In this document: one piece after another, positions 1-10,124 of the stretch
Layout: each line of letters starts with the position of its first letter
Position numbering within the stretch: position 1 is the first letter of the stretch
Source: an uncultured Clostridia bacterium
Lineage (GTDB): Bacteria > Bacillota > Clostridia > Oscillospirales > Acutalibacteraceae
Assembly (NCBI GenBank): GCA_946406145.1
Contig: CAMJJL010000002.1
Span: 22,078-86,077 of the forward strand
Length of the DNA stretch: 64,000 nucleotides
Direction: 5' to 3'
The notes under the pieces: model-generated
Databases searched by the model: none
Told to the model about the DNA's origin: nothing
Seen by the model: the letters and a program-made list of their open reading frames with translations, nothing else
Made by a program: the position numbers and the translations under genes

Positions 1-8
1 CCAGCAGC

Positions 9-173
9 TCACAGCCCTTTTTTGATCAGCTCGCGGTCGCATTTGGCGGCGAACTTCTTGTCCTTGAACTTCTTCATAAAGCTCTTCGTGTTCAGGTAGG
101 TGATTCCGTTCGGACGCATCCTCACGGTGGCTTGGATGATGTCCGTCAGTTCAAACGAGCCGATAGGGGAGGT
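9..173 (-). pseudogene. Possible 5'-truncated remnant of an HD-superfamily hydrolase-like gene (C-terminal ~50 codons only)
   Basis: The minus-strand frame is open only from 173 to the TGA at 9-11. It reads ..IGSFELTDIIQATVRMRPNGITYLNTKSFMKKFKDKKFAAKCDRELIKKGL*. The tail resembles, from memory, the C-terminus of small HD-domain hydrolases. There is no RBS or N-terminal part, because the space upstream is taken by the esterase gene. Confidence 0.25.
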
Positions 174-240
174 TTACGTTTGCTGTATTGTAGTTTAGAC
201 CGCCGCGGTGGTCATGCAGTCGCAGATCCTATGAATGTGA

Positions 241-1059
241 TTATATCAGGCGGCTGAGACCCTGTTCAAGATATTTGTTACAGAAAGCCCAGTTATGGGC
301 GCCCGAACCCTCTTCGAAGATAAAAACTGCGTTTTGCTCCTTCAAAAATGCCGCGAACGCACGGTTGTGTTCTATCAGCGTGTCCTCCGTTCCGCAGGCA
401 AGGTAGAGCTTAGGAATATCGGCGCCGGACCTTTTGAGCTTGCTGTATTGCACCTCGGGATTCTTGACAGAGTCTTCGATCGTGTTCGGATCGCCGAAAA
501 TGTCAAGCAGCATTTCGCGAGGCAATACATCGGAACCTCGTTTCTTTCCATCGGCATACTCGTGTATGACTAGCGCCGAGGATAGCGCGATACAGGCAAA
601 GAAGCTCTCGGGATACTCCAGAGCGTTGTGCAGTGCGCCGTAGCCTCCCATAGAAAAACCGCCGATGATTGTGTTCTCTCTTTTGACATTGAGGCGGAAC
701 GTTTCTCTGATATACCGGGGAAGCTCATCGCCGATGAACTGGCACCAGTTTGCGCCCCTGTAGCCCTTGTTAAGATAAAACGAATTCCCGGTTGTCGGCA
801 TAAAAACGTTCAGATTGAACTGTACCGCCATTTCCTGTGCCACGCCGCTGTACATCCAGTCGGTATCGGTTCCTGTCAGCCCATGGAGCAGGATCAGGTT
901 GTACGGCTCTCTGTCATAGTGTCTGAGATCCCTGACCTCTTCCATATTGACGTCGTTCGCGATGACAAAAGAAAAGTTTGTGTGCTGCATTATCGACTCT
1001 GCGTGGAATTCCATTCTGCCGCTTGCCATATAGACATCCCTTTCATGCTGATTTGGCAT
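241..1059 (-). CDS. Alpha/beta-fold esterase (esterase D / putative-esterase family)
   Basis: 272-aa ORF with the G-x-S-x-G nucleophile elbow GFSMGG and an LLHGLTG oxyanion-type motif. The start (M1 vs M11) is uncertain because neither has a good RBS. Confidence 0.75.
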   Translation of the reverse strand: MPNQHERDVYMASGRMEFHAESIMQHTNFSFVIANDVNMEEVRDLRHYDREPYNLILLHGLTGTDTDWMYSGVAQEMAVQFNLNVFMPTTGNSFYLNKGYRGANWCQFIGDELPRYIRETFRLNVKRENTIIGGFSMGGYGALHNALEYPESFFACIALSSALVIHEYADGKKRGSDVLPREMLLDIFGDPNTIEDSVKNPEVQYSKLKRSGADIPKLYLACGTEDTLIEHNRAFAAFLKEQNAVFIFEEGSGAHNWAFCNKYLEQGLSRLI

Positions 1060-1223
1060 TATTATAGCAGGATGGTTTCTCCTTGTCTACACCGATCGCG
1101 CAGGTTATCGGGATTATCGGATAAAAAAGAGAATTCGGTATAGACAAAGGCTCGGTAAACATGGTAAGATAGTCTAAACAGAGGAACGATCATCCACCAT
1201 GCCTCATAAAGGAGTGTACGCAT

Positions 1224-3416
1224 ATGAGTATCCGTTATATCGAAGACACAAGACAACTGATCCTTGAAACCAAGAACACCGCTTACCAGATGAAGATCGA
1301 CGAGCTGGGCTATTTACAGCATCTGTATTACGGTCCCAGGCTCGGACAAAATGATATGTCCTATCCGTTCCGTATTTACGACCACGGTTTTTCGGGCAAC
1401 CCCTACGATATGCGTCAGAACCGCGCCTATTCGCTGGATTCCATGGCGCAGGAATACACCTCCTTCGGCGTAGGCGATTTCCGCGTTACCAGTATCCGCG
1501 CGTCGTGCTCCGACGGCAGCCGCTGCGCGGAGTTTCGTTATGAAAGCCACGAGATCCGGGACAGCAAGTATTCGATCCCCGGTCTGCCCTCCGTCTATGA
1601 CAGCGGACAGATCGCCCAGACGCTGATCGTCACCCTGATCGACAATGCCGCCAATATCCGCATCAAGCTGTATTACGGCGTGTTTGAGGATTTGGATGTT
1701 ATCACCCGCGCGGCTGAGATCATTAACGCGGGCTATGAGATCGTATGGCTGAGAAAAGCGTGCTCCATGTGTCTCGAGCTGCCCTTCGGCAAGTGGGATA
1801 TGATCCACTTCCACGGCAGACATTGTATGGAACGCCAAGCCGAGCGCGTTCCGCTCTTTCACGGCGTACAGACGATATCCTCGGGCAGAGGCATGTCCAG
1901 CCACCAGCACAATCCCTTTGTTATCCTCTGTGACAGAGAAGCCACCGAGGACAGCGGTGTATGCTACGGCGTCATGCTGATGTACTCGGGCAATCACAAG
2001 ACGGAGATCGAGCTCGACCAGTTCGACGGCGTCAGGATCGTCACAGGCGTCAATGACGACCGCTTTCGCTGGGAGCTTGCGTCCGAAGCGTCCTTCTTTA
2101 CACCCGAGGTCATCCTCACCTGCGCCGACGGTTTGACTGAGCTTTCGCATAATTACCACCGCGTTATCCGCAACAATGTTGTCCGCGGAGAGTACAAGCT
2201 GAGTCACCGTCCCGTTTTGATCAACAACTGGGAGGCGACCTATTTTGATCTCAATGAGGATAAGATCGTCGCGATCGCGAAGAAGGCACAGGAGCTTGGC
2301 GTGGAATTGTTCGTTCTTGACGACGGATGGTTCAAGAACCGCAACGACGATAACGCGGGGCTCGGCGACTGGGTACCCGATACCGATAAGCTGCCTAACG
2401 GCTTGGACGGTCTGATCTCAAAGATCAACAACATGGGCTTGAAGTTCGGCTTGTGGATCGAGCCGGAGATGGTAAACGAGGATTCCGACCTCTTCCGCGC
2501 GCATCCCGACTGGGCGCTGACCGCTCCCAACCGTGCGCCGATGATGGCGCGCAACCAGCTCGTCCTCGACCTCTCCCGCAAGGAAGTCCACGATTATCTG
2601 TATACAACGATCTCCGACATCCTGGAGAAATACAATATCACATACATCAAGTGGGATTTTAACCGTCCTTTGTCCGACGTTTATTCCCATTCGACCCCCT
2701 CGCCCCGGCAGGGAGAGGTGACCCACCGCTACTACCTGAGTCTGTACAGCCTATACGAGAAGCTGATCGCAAAATTCCCGCACGTTCTTTTTGAGGGCTG
2801 CGCGGGCGGCGGCGGACGCTTCGACGCGGGTATGCTGCATTATTCGCCGCAGATCTGGTGTTCAGACAATACCGACGCGATCTCCCGGTTGAAGATCCAA
2901 TACGGTACCTCGTTCGGCTATCCGACCTGCACCGTCGGCGCTCATGTCAGTGCCTCGCCGAACCACCAGACCGGCAGAAAGACGCCGCTTAGCACCCGCG
3001 GCGTTGTGGCGATGTCGGGCGCGTTCGGCTATGAGCTTGACCTCTCAGCATTGTCCGATGAGGACTGCGCAGAGATCAAGGAACAAATCAAGAGATACAA
3101 GGAGATCGAGCCGATCATCCATAACGGCAAGCTTTATCGTCTGAGCAAAATGAGCGATACCGATCATTTTATGGCGTGGCAGTATGTCAGCTCCGATCAG
3201 TGCCGCAGCGTGCTGAATATCGTCGTCACCAATCCTTTGGCGAATTCCGCGCCGGTTCATGTCGATTTGAAGGGCTTACTCCCCGACGCGACCTATTCCG
3301 TCAACGGCGAGTTCGAGGTTCTCGGCTCGGCGCTCATGCGCGGCGGTTACACCTTCCCGCGCCTGACGGGCGATTATCCCGCCATGCAGCTGGATATCGT
3401 GTGCATCAATCAATAA
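1224..3416 (+). CDS. Alpha-galactosidase, GH36
   Basis: 730-aa ORF with RBS AAAGGAG upstream. It has the GH36 signatures YIKWDFNR (KWD nucleophile region) and WCSDNTDA (acid/base region). Confidence 0.9.
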   Translation: MSIRYIEDTRQLILETKNTAYQMKIDELGYLQHLYYGPRLGQNDMSYPFRIYDHGFSGNPYDMRQNRAYSLDSMAQEYTSFGVGDFRVTSIRASCSDGSRCAEFRYESHEIRDSKYSIPGLPSVYDSGQIAQTLIVTLIDNAANIRIKLYYGVFEDLDVITRAAEIINAGYEIVWLRKACSMCLELPFGKWDMIHFHGRHCMERQAERVPLFHGVQTISSGRGMSSHQHNPFVILCDREATEDSGVCYGVMLMYSGNHKTEIELDQFDGVRIVTGVNDDRFRWELASEASFFTPEVILTCADGLTELSHNYHRVIRNNVVRGEYKLSHRPVLINNWEATYFDLNEDKIVAIAKKAQELGVELFVLDDGWFKNRNDDNAGLGDWVPDTDKLPNGLDGLISKINNMGLKFGLWIEPEMVNEDSDLFRAHPDWALTAPNRAPMMARNQLVLDLSRKEVHDYLYTTISDILEKYNITYIKWDFNRPLSDVYSHSTPSPRQGEVTHRYYLSLYSLYEKLIAKFPHVLFEGCAGGGGRFDAGMLHYSPQIWCSDNTDAISRLKIQYGTSFGYPTCTVGAHVSASPNHQTGRKTPLSTRGVVAMSGAFGYELDLSALSDEDCAEIKEQIKRYKEIEPIIHNGKLYRLSKMSDTDHFMAWQYVSSDQCRSVLNIVVTNPLANSAPVHVDLKGLLPDATYSVNGEFEVLGSALMRGGYTFPRLTGDYPAMQLDIVCINQ

Positions 3417-3434
3417 AGTAAGGGGGCGAGACTC

Positions 3435-4718
3435 TTGAGGCCTGTAGAATTGATCAACAGATTGAACAACAGCGGTTTCAAAGAAGAATTATCGGTGCTC
3501 TACGGTCCCGATTCCAATGTTCTGTATACACAGCGCCATCGCTACATCAAGGCGATCGAGCGCTTTATCGAGATCTATCCCGACCATGAAAACGTCCATA
3601 TCTATTCCGCTCCCGGTCGCTCCGAGATCGGCGGCAACCATACCGACCACCAGCACGGCTGCGCCCTCGGCGCGGCGGTGAACCTCGACGTCGTCGCTAT
3701 CGTCGCGTTCCATGAAGAGGGCGTGATCCGTCTCTACAGCGAGGGCTACGGCATGACCGAGATCGATCTCTCCGATCTCGAAGTGCATGAGGAAGAAAAG
3801 GGCAAGTCTATCGCCATCGTCCGCGGTATCGCCGCGAGATTCTCACAGATGGGCGTCAGGATCGGCGGCTTTGACGCTTATTCCGTGTCCGACGTCCTCT
3901 CCGGCAGCGGTCTGTCATCCTCCGCCGCCTTTGAGACCATGGTAGGCACCATTATTGACGAACAGTACAACGGCGGCAAGGCGGGTGAGATCGAGATCGC
4001 CAAGATCGGTCAGTACGCCGAGAACGTCTATTTCGGCAAGGGCAGCGGTCTGCTCGACCAGATGGTCTGCTCCGTCGGCGGATTCGTTTTCCTCGATTTC
4101 AGAGATACCGACAACCCCGTTGTCGAGAAGCACAGCTTCGACTTTGCAAAAGAGGGCTACAACCTGTGTATCACCGATACCAAAGGCAGCCACTCCGACC
4201 TGACCGATGATTACGTCGCCGTACCCGGCGAGATGAAGCAGGTCGCCGCGTATTTCGGTAAAGAGGTTCTGCGCGAAGTGGACGAAAAAGAGTTCTATAA
4301 AGCGATCCCCGCTCTGCATGGCAAGGTCTCCGACCGCGCGATCCTGCGAGCGATGCACTTCTTCGGTGAGAACAGCCGCGCGATCGCGGAGGCGGACGCG
4401 CTGGACAGAGATGATCTGAAGCGTTTCTTCACTCTCTATCGTCAGAGCGCGAATTCCTCCTCAAGCCTTCTGCAAAATCTCTATGCGACCAAAAAGCCGC
4501 TGGAGCAGGGTATCCCGCTCGCTATCGCCGTCAGCAAGACGGTCTTGGGCGAAGACGGCGTAGTGCGTGTCCACGGCGGCGGCTTTGCGGGTACGATCCA
4601 AGCCTTCGTTCCGCTTGACAAAACAGAAGCATACCGAGAGAAGATGGACGCGCTGTTCGGCGCGGGGAGCTGTTACGTTCTCCGTATCCGACCCGTCGGC
4701 GGTATCAAAATCGTTTAA
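3435..4718 (+). CDS. galK: Galactokinase (GHMP kinase)
   Basis: 427-aa ORF with a TTG start after AAGGGGG. It has GRSEIGGNHTDH (galactokinase signature variant) and the GHMP motif GSGLSSSAA. It is adjacent to galT. Confidence 0.85.
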   Translation: MRPVELINRLNNSGFKEELSVLYGPDSNVLYTQRHRYIKAIERFIEIYPDHENVHIYSAPGRSEIGGNHTDHQHGCALGAAVNLDVVAIVAFHEEGVIRLYSEGYGMTEIDLSDLEVHEEEKGKSIAIVRGIAARFSQMGVRIGGFDAYSVSDVLSGSGLSSSAAFETMVGTIIDEQYNGGKAGEIEIAKIGQYAENVYFGKGSGLLDQMVCSVGGFVFLDFRDTDNPVVEKHSFDFAKEGYNLCITDTKGSHSDLTDDYVAVPGEMKQVAAYFGKEVLREVDEKEFYKAIPALHGKVSDRAILRAMHFFGENSRAIAEADALDRDDLKRFFTLYRQSANSSSSLLQNLYATKKPLEQGIPLAIAVSKTVLGEDGVVRVHGGGFAGTIQAFVPLDKTEAYREKMDALFGAGSCYVLRIRPVGGIKIV

Positions 4719-4729
4719 GGAGCAATATC

Positions 4730-6226
4730 ATGATCTGTGCAAACATCCAAAGATTAATCAATTACGCTATCAAATATAACCTGATCACTATGGACGACGA
4801 GCTGGTCGTCCGCAATATGCTGATGGATACGCTCAGCGTATCCGAATGGGTCGATGAGCCTGTCGATACAGCCGACGCGCCGATCGACGATGTCCTCTTG
4901 CCCCTGATCGACTATGCCTGTGAGAACGGCGTGATCGAGGACACGATCGCTAACCGCGACCTGTTCGACACCAAGCTGATGGGTATTCTGATCCCCATGC
5001 CGCGCGAGGTGATCCGCGACTTCTGGGCACAGTACGAGAAATCCCCCGTCGCGGCGACCGACTGGTATTTTGACCAAAGCCAAAAGCTCAACTACGTCCG
5101 CGCGGGAAGGATCGCTAAGGACCTGAAATGGACTTACGATTCCGCGTACGGCGCGCTTGATATCACCATCAACCGCTCTAAGCCCGAAAAAGACCCCCGC
5201 GATATCGCCAAGGCGGGAGCTACAGTCTCCGTCGCTTATCCGAAGTGCCAGCTTTGCGCCGAGAATATGGGCTACGCGGGTCGTCAGAACCACCCCGCAC
5301 GCCAGAATCTCAGACCCATTCCGATCAAGATCAACGGCGGCGACTGGTATCTGCAATACTCCCCCTACGGCTACTATAACGAGCATTGTATCGTGTTCAA
5401 CAGCAAGCATATCCCGATGGTCATCGACGCGGCGGTATTTTTGAAGCTCTTTGATTTCATCGGTCAGTTCCCGCATTATTTCGTCGGCTCCAATGCCGAC
5501 CTGCCCATCGTCGGCGGCTCGATCCTTTCGCACGAGCATTTCCAGGGCGGTCACTATACCTTTGCGATGGCTGTCGCTCCTGAGGAAAAGGAGTTTTCTT
5601 TGCCCGACTATCCCGACGTCCATATGGCGACCGTCAAGTGGCCGATGTCCGTTATCCGTCTGAGAAGCGCCGATAAAGCGCAGCTTTCTCAGGCAAGCGC
5701 CGAGATCTTGAAAGCATGGCGAGCCTATACCGATGAGGCGGCGAATATCTTCGCCTTTACCGACGGCGTACTCCATAATACCATCACCCCGATCGCCAGA
5801 ATGAAGGACGGACTCTTTGAGTGCGACCTCGTTCTGCGCAACAATATCACTTCCGCAGAACGACCGCTCGGCGTTTATCATCCCAACCCGACCCTCCACC
5901 ACATCAAAAAAGAGAACATCGGCTTGATCGAGGTCATGGGTCTTGCGGTATTGCCCGCGAGATTGGCGACGGAGCTCGAGGCCGTCAAGGACGCTTTGCT
6001 CAACGGCGACGACCTTTCAGCGAACCCGCAGACCGCGAGCCACGCAGAGTGGGCGGCTGAGTTCATGCCGCGCTATCCCGAGTTCAACGCCGACAACGCG
6101 ATGGATATCATCCGCGCGGAGGTAGGCGCTGTGTTTGAGCAGGTACTCCTCGACGCGGGCGTGTTCAAGCGCGATGAAGAGGGACAGGCGGCGTTCATGA
6201 GATTTATCGATACTCTGAGATCGTAA
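4730..6226 (+). CDS. galT: Galactose-1-phosphate uridylyltransferase (long, type-2 form)
   Basis: 498-aa ORF with RBS AAGGAG and an SHEHFQGG His-x-His active-site motif. The length and context, directly after galK, are typical of the Firmicutes GalT. Confidence 0.85.
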   Translation: MICANIQRLINYAIKYNLITMDDELVVRNMLMDTLSVSEWVDEPVDTADAPIDDVLLPLIDYACENGVIEDTIANRDLFDTKLMGILIPMPREVIRDFWAQYEKSPVAATDWYFDQSQKLNYVRAGRIAKDLKWTYDSAYGALDITINRSKPEKDPRDIAKAGATVSVAYPKCQLCAENMGYAGRQNHPARQNLRPIPIKINGGDWYLQYSPYGYYNEHCIVFNSKHIPMVIDAAVFLKLFDFIGQFPHYFVGSNADLPIVGGSILSHEHFQGGHYTFAMAVAPEEKEFSLPDYPDVHMATVKWPMSVIRLRSADKAQLSQASAEILKAWRAYTDEAANIFAFTDGVLHNTITPIARMKDGLFECDLVLRNNITSAERPLGVYHPNPTLHHIKKENIGLIEVMGLAVLPARLATELEAVKDALLNGDDLSANPQTASHAEWAAEFMPRYPEFNADNAMDIIRAEVGAVFEQVLLDAGVFKRDEEGQAAFMRFIDTLRS

Positions 6227-6261
6227 TAGAAATACTGAATACTTTTCCGAGGAGTTTATTT

Positions 6262-8211
6262 ATGCAGCCTGAAGTGAATTACAAAGAAGCGCTGAAACTC
6301 GGTCAAAAAGAGGTTCGCGTAAAAACATCCAAAAATGAAAATCCGTATCTATCCGTTCTGGACGAGCTGATCCCTCCCGAAAAGGCGATGTCCGGGATCA
6401 GCCTTGGCGTGATCCAGATCCCCATGTGGTTTATCGTCGGTACCGCGACAGCAGGCAGGGTCAATGCTTTTGCGTTCAATTTTATGCCGCTGCTCGCCGA
6501 GACCACGGAATTCGCCGCAAAGTGGGAATCGCTCTTTCGCTCTCACATGAGCGAGGGAATCCGCGAGCCGATCAAGGTCTATGAATATCTCAACCGTTAC
6601 TATGTGGTGGAGGGCAATAAGCGCGTCAGCGTGCTGAAATATTGCGGCGCGTACAGCATCCCTGCCGACGTGACGCGCATCATGCCCGAGAAGCGCGACA
6701 GCGAAGAGGTTCAACTCTACCTGGAATACCTTGATTTCAACCGTTACAGCAAGATCAATTTTATCGAGTTTTCCAAACTTGGCAGTTTCAAGGAGCTCTT
6801 GCGCGCGATGGGCAAGCCCTATGACGAATACTGGAGCATCGACGAACAACAGCGCTTTTCGAGCGCGTACTACTTCTTTGAGAAAGCGTATCGGGAAAGC
6901 GGCGGAGATAAGCTAAACACGACTGTCGGCGACGCGATGCTCAGCTATATCCAGGTCTACGGATACTCGCGCCTCCAGAACGAGAGCGAAGCCGAGATCC
7001 GCATCAACCTCAAAAAGATGTGGGAGGAGATCGCGCTCAAAGGAAACGCCGACGAGATCGAGCTGAAAACCGTCCCGATCGATAACAAAAAGCAATCCGT
7101 TATTTCCAAGGTCCTGCCGATCACTAAGCCGCAAAAGCTGAAGGCGGCGTTCGTCTATGACATCGCTCCCGAAAAATCGGGATGGGTTAGTGACCATGAG
7201 ATGGGCAGAAAGTACGCCCAGACCGTTCTCGGCGACACGGTTGACACCGAGGTGTATATCTGCGGCGGCGAGTCCCATTATCCCGATGTGCTGGAGCAGG
7301 CGATCGGCGACGAATGTAAGCTGATCTTTACGACCTCCCCGAGGATGCTGCAGGCATCCCTGCACGCTGCGGTGGAGCATCCCGAGGCCGTCATCATGAA
7401 CTGCTCGCTCAACACCTCGCATCGTTATGTCCGTACCTATTATACAAGGATGTATGAAGCGAAATTCATCCTCGGGATATTGGCGGGCTCGCTTACACAG
7501 AGCGGTAGGCTCGGCTATGTCTGCGATTATCCGATCTTCGGTCAGATTGCGGGCATCAACGCCTTTGCGCTCGGCGCGCAGATGGCGAATCCGCGCTCGA
7601 AGGTTTATCTCGAATGGTCGTCGGTCAAGGGCGCGAAGGAGGCCGCCGCCGCGCTGAGCCGTAAGCATATCCATCTGATCTCCTCCCAGGATACCGCCCG
7701 CTTTTCTGAGGATGACCGTTTCAGCTTCGGACTTTCGCATATCGACAAGAACAAAACCGATCTGCTCGCCGTACCTGTCTGGAAGTGGGGCGTGTATTAT
7801 GAAAGGCTCCTGCGCTCCATGCTGGACAAGACGATCAAAAGCGAATATGTCAACACGGCGCGCGCGCTGAACTACTATTGGGGCATGTCCGCGGGCGTGG
7901 TGGATATCGAGTACGCGCCTGCACTGCCGCTTGCCTCGCGTCGGTACGCGGACTTCTTCCGCAGCAGCCTGATCAGCGGAGTGGGCAAGCCTTTCCTGAC
8001 ACCGTTTTATTCACAGAGCGGCGAAATCATCGGTGCGCGTCAGAACGAGCTGAGCCTCGAGCAGATCATCAGCATGGATTATCTGGTCGATAACGTGGTC
8101 GGCAGTATTCCGTTTTATGACGAGCTTTCTGAGATCGGAAAGGCGACGGTCGACACGGTCGGCGTCATGAAGGCAAAGCTGAATAAGAGCGAGAGAGACG
8201 GTGTTGAGTGA
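6262..8211 (+). CDS. Cytoplasmic BMP-family (PnrA/Med-like) domain protein with a ParB/Srx-like N-terminal region
   Basis: 649-aa ORF with no signal peptide or lipobox. The N-terminal part contains YYVVEGNKRVSVLKY, which is ParB/Srx-like. The C-terminal ~350 aa resemble BMP/PnrA periplasmic-binding-fold proteins (GYVCDYPIFGQIAGINAFALGAQMANP). The domain assignment is from recall, not a search. Confidence 0.45.
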   Translation: MQPEVNYKEALKLGQKEVRVKTSKNENPYLSVLDELIPPEKAMSGISLGVIQIPMWFIVGTATAGRVNAFAFNFMPLLAETTEFAAKWESLFRSHMSEGIREPIKVYEYLNRYYVVEGNKRVSVLKYCGAYSIPADVTRIMPEKRDSEEVQLYLEYLDFNRYSKINFIEFSKLGSFKELLRAMGKPYDEYWSIDEQQRFSSAYYFFEKAYRESGGDKLNTTVGDAMLSYIQVYGYSRLQNESEAEIRINLKKMWEEIALKGNADEIELKTVPIDNKKQSVISKVLPITKPQKLKAAFVYDIAPEKSGWVSDHEMGRKYAQTVLGDTVDTEVYICGGESHYPDVLEQAIGDECKLIFTTSPRMLQASLHAAVEHPEAVIMNCSLNTSHRYVRTYYTRMYEAKFILGILAGSLTQSGRLGYVCDYPIFGQIAGINAFALGAQMANPRSKVYLEWSSVKGAKEAAAALSRKHIHLISSQDTARFSEDDRFSFGLSHIDKNKTDLLAVPVWKWGVYYERLLRSMLDKTIKSEYVNTARALNYYWGMSAGVVDIEYAPALPLASRRYADFFRSSLISGVGKPFLTPFYSQSGEIIGARQNELSLEQIISMDYLVDNVVGSIPFYDELSEIGKATVDTVGVMKAKLNKSERDGVE

Positions 8212-8798
8212 TGAAGATCCTGGCGATTTCCGATGTGACCTCCGACAAATACTATGACTACTACAGACAGGGCGTGCTGGATGGATTCGACCTGATCCTC
8301 TCCTGCGGCGACCTCAGACCGGAGTACCTCGAGTTTCTGGTAACGCTGGCGGGCTGTCCTTTGGCCTATGTCCACGGCAACCATGACGACAGCTACGGAC
8401 GCGAGCCGCAGGGCTGTATCTGCGCGGACGATAAGATCGTCGAGTTCGGCGGCCTGCGCATACTCGGGCTTGGCGGATCGATGTTTTATCGCGACGGAAA
8501 GTATGTGTATACAGAAAAACAGATGCGCTCGCGTATACGAAAGCTGAGGCTTCCGCTGAAAAAGAATCGCGGCTTTGATATCCTTCTGACCCACGCTCCC
8601 GCAAGGGGCCTGAATGATTTTGAGGACATCCCTCATAGGGGCTTTGAGTGCTTCAACACCCTGCTCGAAAAGTATGAGCCTCGGTATTTCATACACGGGC
8701 ATATCCATCGGAATTACGACTTCCGCATTCCTCAGACAGTGAAAAAAGGCAGCACGACGGTCGTCAACGCCTACGAGTACTGCGTCATAGATTTATAA
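8208..8798 (+). CDS. Metallophosphoesterase
   Basis: 196-aa ORF with a GTGATG start/stop overlap with the upstream gene. It has the motifs GDLRPE, HGNHDD and GHIH. Confidence 0.8.
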   Translation: MMKILAISDVTSDKYYDYYRQGVLDGFDLILSCGDLRPEYLEFLVTLAGCPLAYVHGNHDDSYGREPQGCICADDKIVEFGGLRILGLGGSMFYRDGKYVYTEKQMRSRIRKLRLPLKKNRGFDILLTHAPARGLNDFEDIPHRGFECFNTLLEKYEPRYFIHGHIHRNYDFRIPQTVKKGSTTVVNAYEYCVIDL

Positions 8799-8814
8799 TA
8801 TTCCGGAATAAAAC

Positions 8815-8860
8815 AACACCTCTGCTGAGAGCTTTTGTTTCACAGCAGAGGTGTTTTTTG
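8815..8860. terminator. Bidirectional rho-independent terminator between convergent genes
   Basis: Perfect 13-bp stem AACACCTCTGCTG / CAGCAGAGGTGTT followed by TTTTTGTT. Confidence 0.7.
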
Positions 8861-8866
8861 TTGATA

Positions 8867-9853
8867 TCAGTCTTTTGTCGTTCCACCGGGAATATACTTG
8901 ACGGGGAGGCAGATGTTAACGCCCTCCGAGGCGCCCTGATAATCCAGCAGGATATTGACGGCAGTCTCCGACATCTGGGCGATGGGCTGTTCGATCGTTG
9001 AGCAGACGTGCTTTCCCGTAAAGCGGTCGATGATCCCGTCGTAACCGATGATCTGCACCTGTCCGGGCACACTGACGCCTCTCTCGGAGAGAAAACGGAT
9101 GACTCTGCTCGCGAGGAGATCCGAATTACAGAATACGCCGTCAAAGTCAAAGGCGCCGTCGCGAATATGATCCTCCAGGAAGAGGTAGATCGGTTCGTTC
9201 GGCTCGTTGTCATGAAAGAGGAGCGTTTCATACTCGATTCCCCGTGTATTGCACACGCTCTCAAAGCCCGAGCAGCGCTTGTTGGGCTCGCCTTGAACAG
9301 GCGACGTGATCCGCATGAACAGCAGCTTGCGGCAGCCCAGCTCGATGAGCTTTTGTGCGGCGAGCTCTCCTCCGCGGTAGTTGTCGGAGGATATGCACGG
9401 GATATCCTCGCCGAGATGGCGGTCGATCGTGACGATCGGGATGGATTCGCCTACTGAGAGATCGGGGCTGTAGGTCAGGGCAATGACGCCGTCCATCTTG
9501 TTGCTGCGCACCATCACGAAGCTCTTTTGCTCTACTTCGGCGTCATAATTCGTGATCATCAGCACGGCGCGGTAGCCTCTGTTCATCAGACACTTGGTCA
9601 GCTCGTCCGTCAGATAGGCGAAGAAAGGGTGCTTGAGCGATGGCATGACCAGAGCGACGCTGTAGGTTTTACTGCTCTTGAGTGCGCGGGCGTAGGTGTT
9701 CACCTGATAGCCCAGCTTGTCGATGGCAGCCTCAACGCGCTCACGGCTCTTCTTACCGACGGGCAGCCCGTTGATGACCTTGGAAACGGTGGCAAGAGAC
9801 AATCCGCATTCACGCGCTACATCCTTCATGGTGGGGGTGGATTCGCGTTTCAT
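8867..9853 (-). CDS. LacI-family transcriptional regulator
   Basis: 328-aa ORF with the N-terminal HTH MKDVARECGLSLATVSKVINGLP and a periplasmic-binding-fold C-terminal region. Confidence 0.9.
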   Translation of the reverse strand: MKRESTPTMKDVARECGLSLATVSKVINGLPVGKKSRERVEAAIDKLGYQVNTYARALKSSKTYSVALVMPSLKHPFFAYLTDELTKCLMNRGYRAVLMITNYDAEVEQKSFVMVRSNKMDGVIALTYSPDLSVGESIPIVTIDRHLGEDIPCISSDNYRGGELAAQKLIELGCRKLLFMRITSPVQGEPNKRCSGFESVCNTRGIEYETLLFHDNEPNEPIYLFLEDHIRDGAFDFDGVFCNSDLLASRVIRFLSERGVSVPGQVQIIGYDGIIDRFTGKHVCSTIEQPIAQMSETAVNILLDYQGASEGVNICLPVKYIPGGTTKD

Positions 9854-9969
9854 TTTCGTTTACCTTTCAAATATCGTGAAAAATCAATCAAAATGGATAC
9901 TGCGCAAGGCTATTATAACAGATAACAGCAAAGAAATAAAGCCCTATTTCACAAAAAAATAGAATTTTA

Positions 9970-9985
9970 CGCAAAACGTTTTACG
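9970..9985. promoter_or_regulatory. LacI-type operator-like palindrome
   Basis: CGCAAAACGTTTTACG is a 16-bp palindrome with one mismatch and an AAAACGTTTT core. It lies in the divergent intergenic region between the LacI gene and the ABC operon. Confidence 0.45.
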
Positions 9986-10070
9986 TTGGGATAAAGTGTA
10001 CAAAAAACAGGATAAATTATGTGATAACTCACGAAAATCTCGATTATTAATGAAAAAACTTGTTAATTCA

Positions 10071-10099
10071 TTGACTTGTTGAATAATTCGTGCTATTCT
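10071..10099 (+). promoter_or_regulatory. Putative sigma-A promoter of the sugar ABC operon
   Basis: TTGACT, a 17-nt spacer, then TATTCT, about 130 nt upstream of the SBP gene. Confidence 0.45.
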
Positions 10100-10124
10100 T
10101 TAGACACGTGAAAATCGTATCTGT

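Noticed and set aside
1314-2207. Long antisense ORFs inside well-supported genes. Examples are 1314-2207(-), 4754-5902(-), 6913-7740(-), 16042-16794(-), 23979-24704(-), 27579-28313(-), 41784-42377(+), 52986-53639(+) and 60309-60863(-).
   Set aside because: They lie opposite genes with clear family motifs. Their translations are low-complexity or Arg/Gly/Ala-rich without motifs, and they lack RBSs. They are typical shadow ORFs of GC-biased coding DNA.
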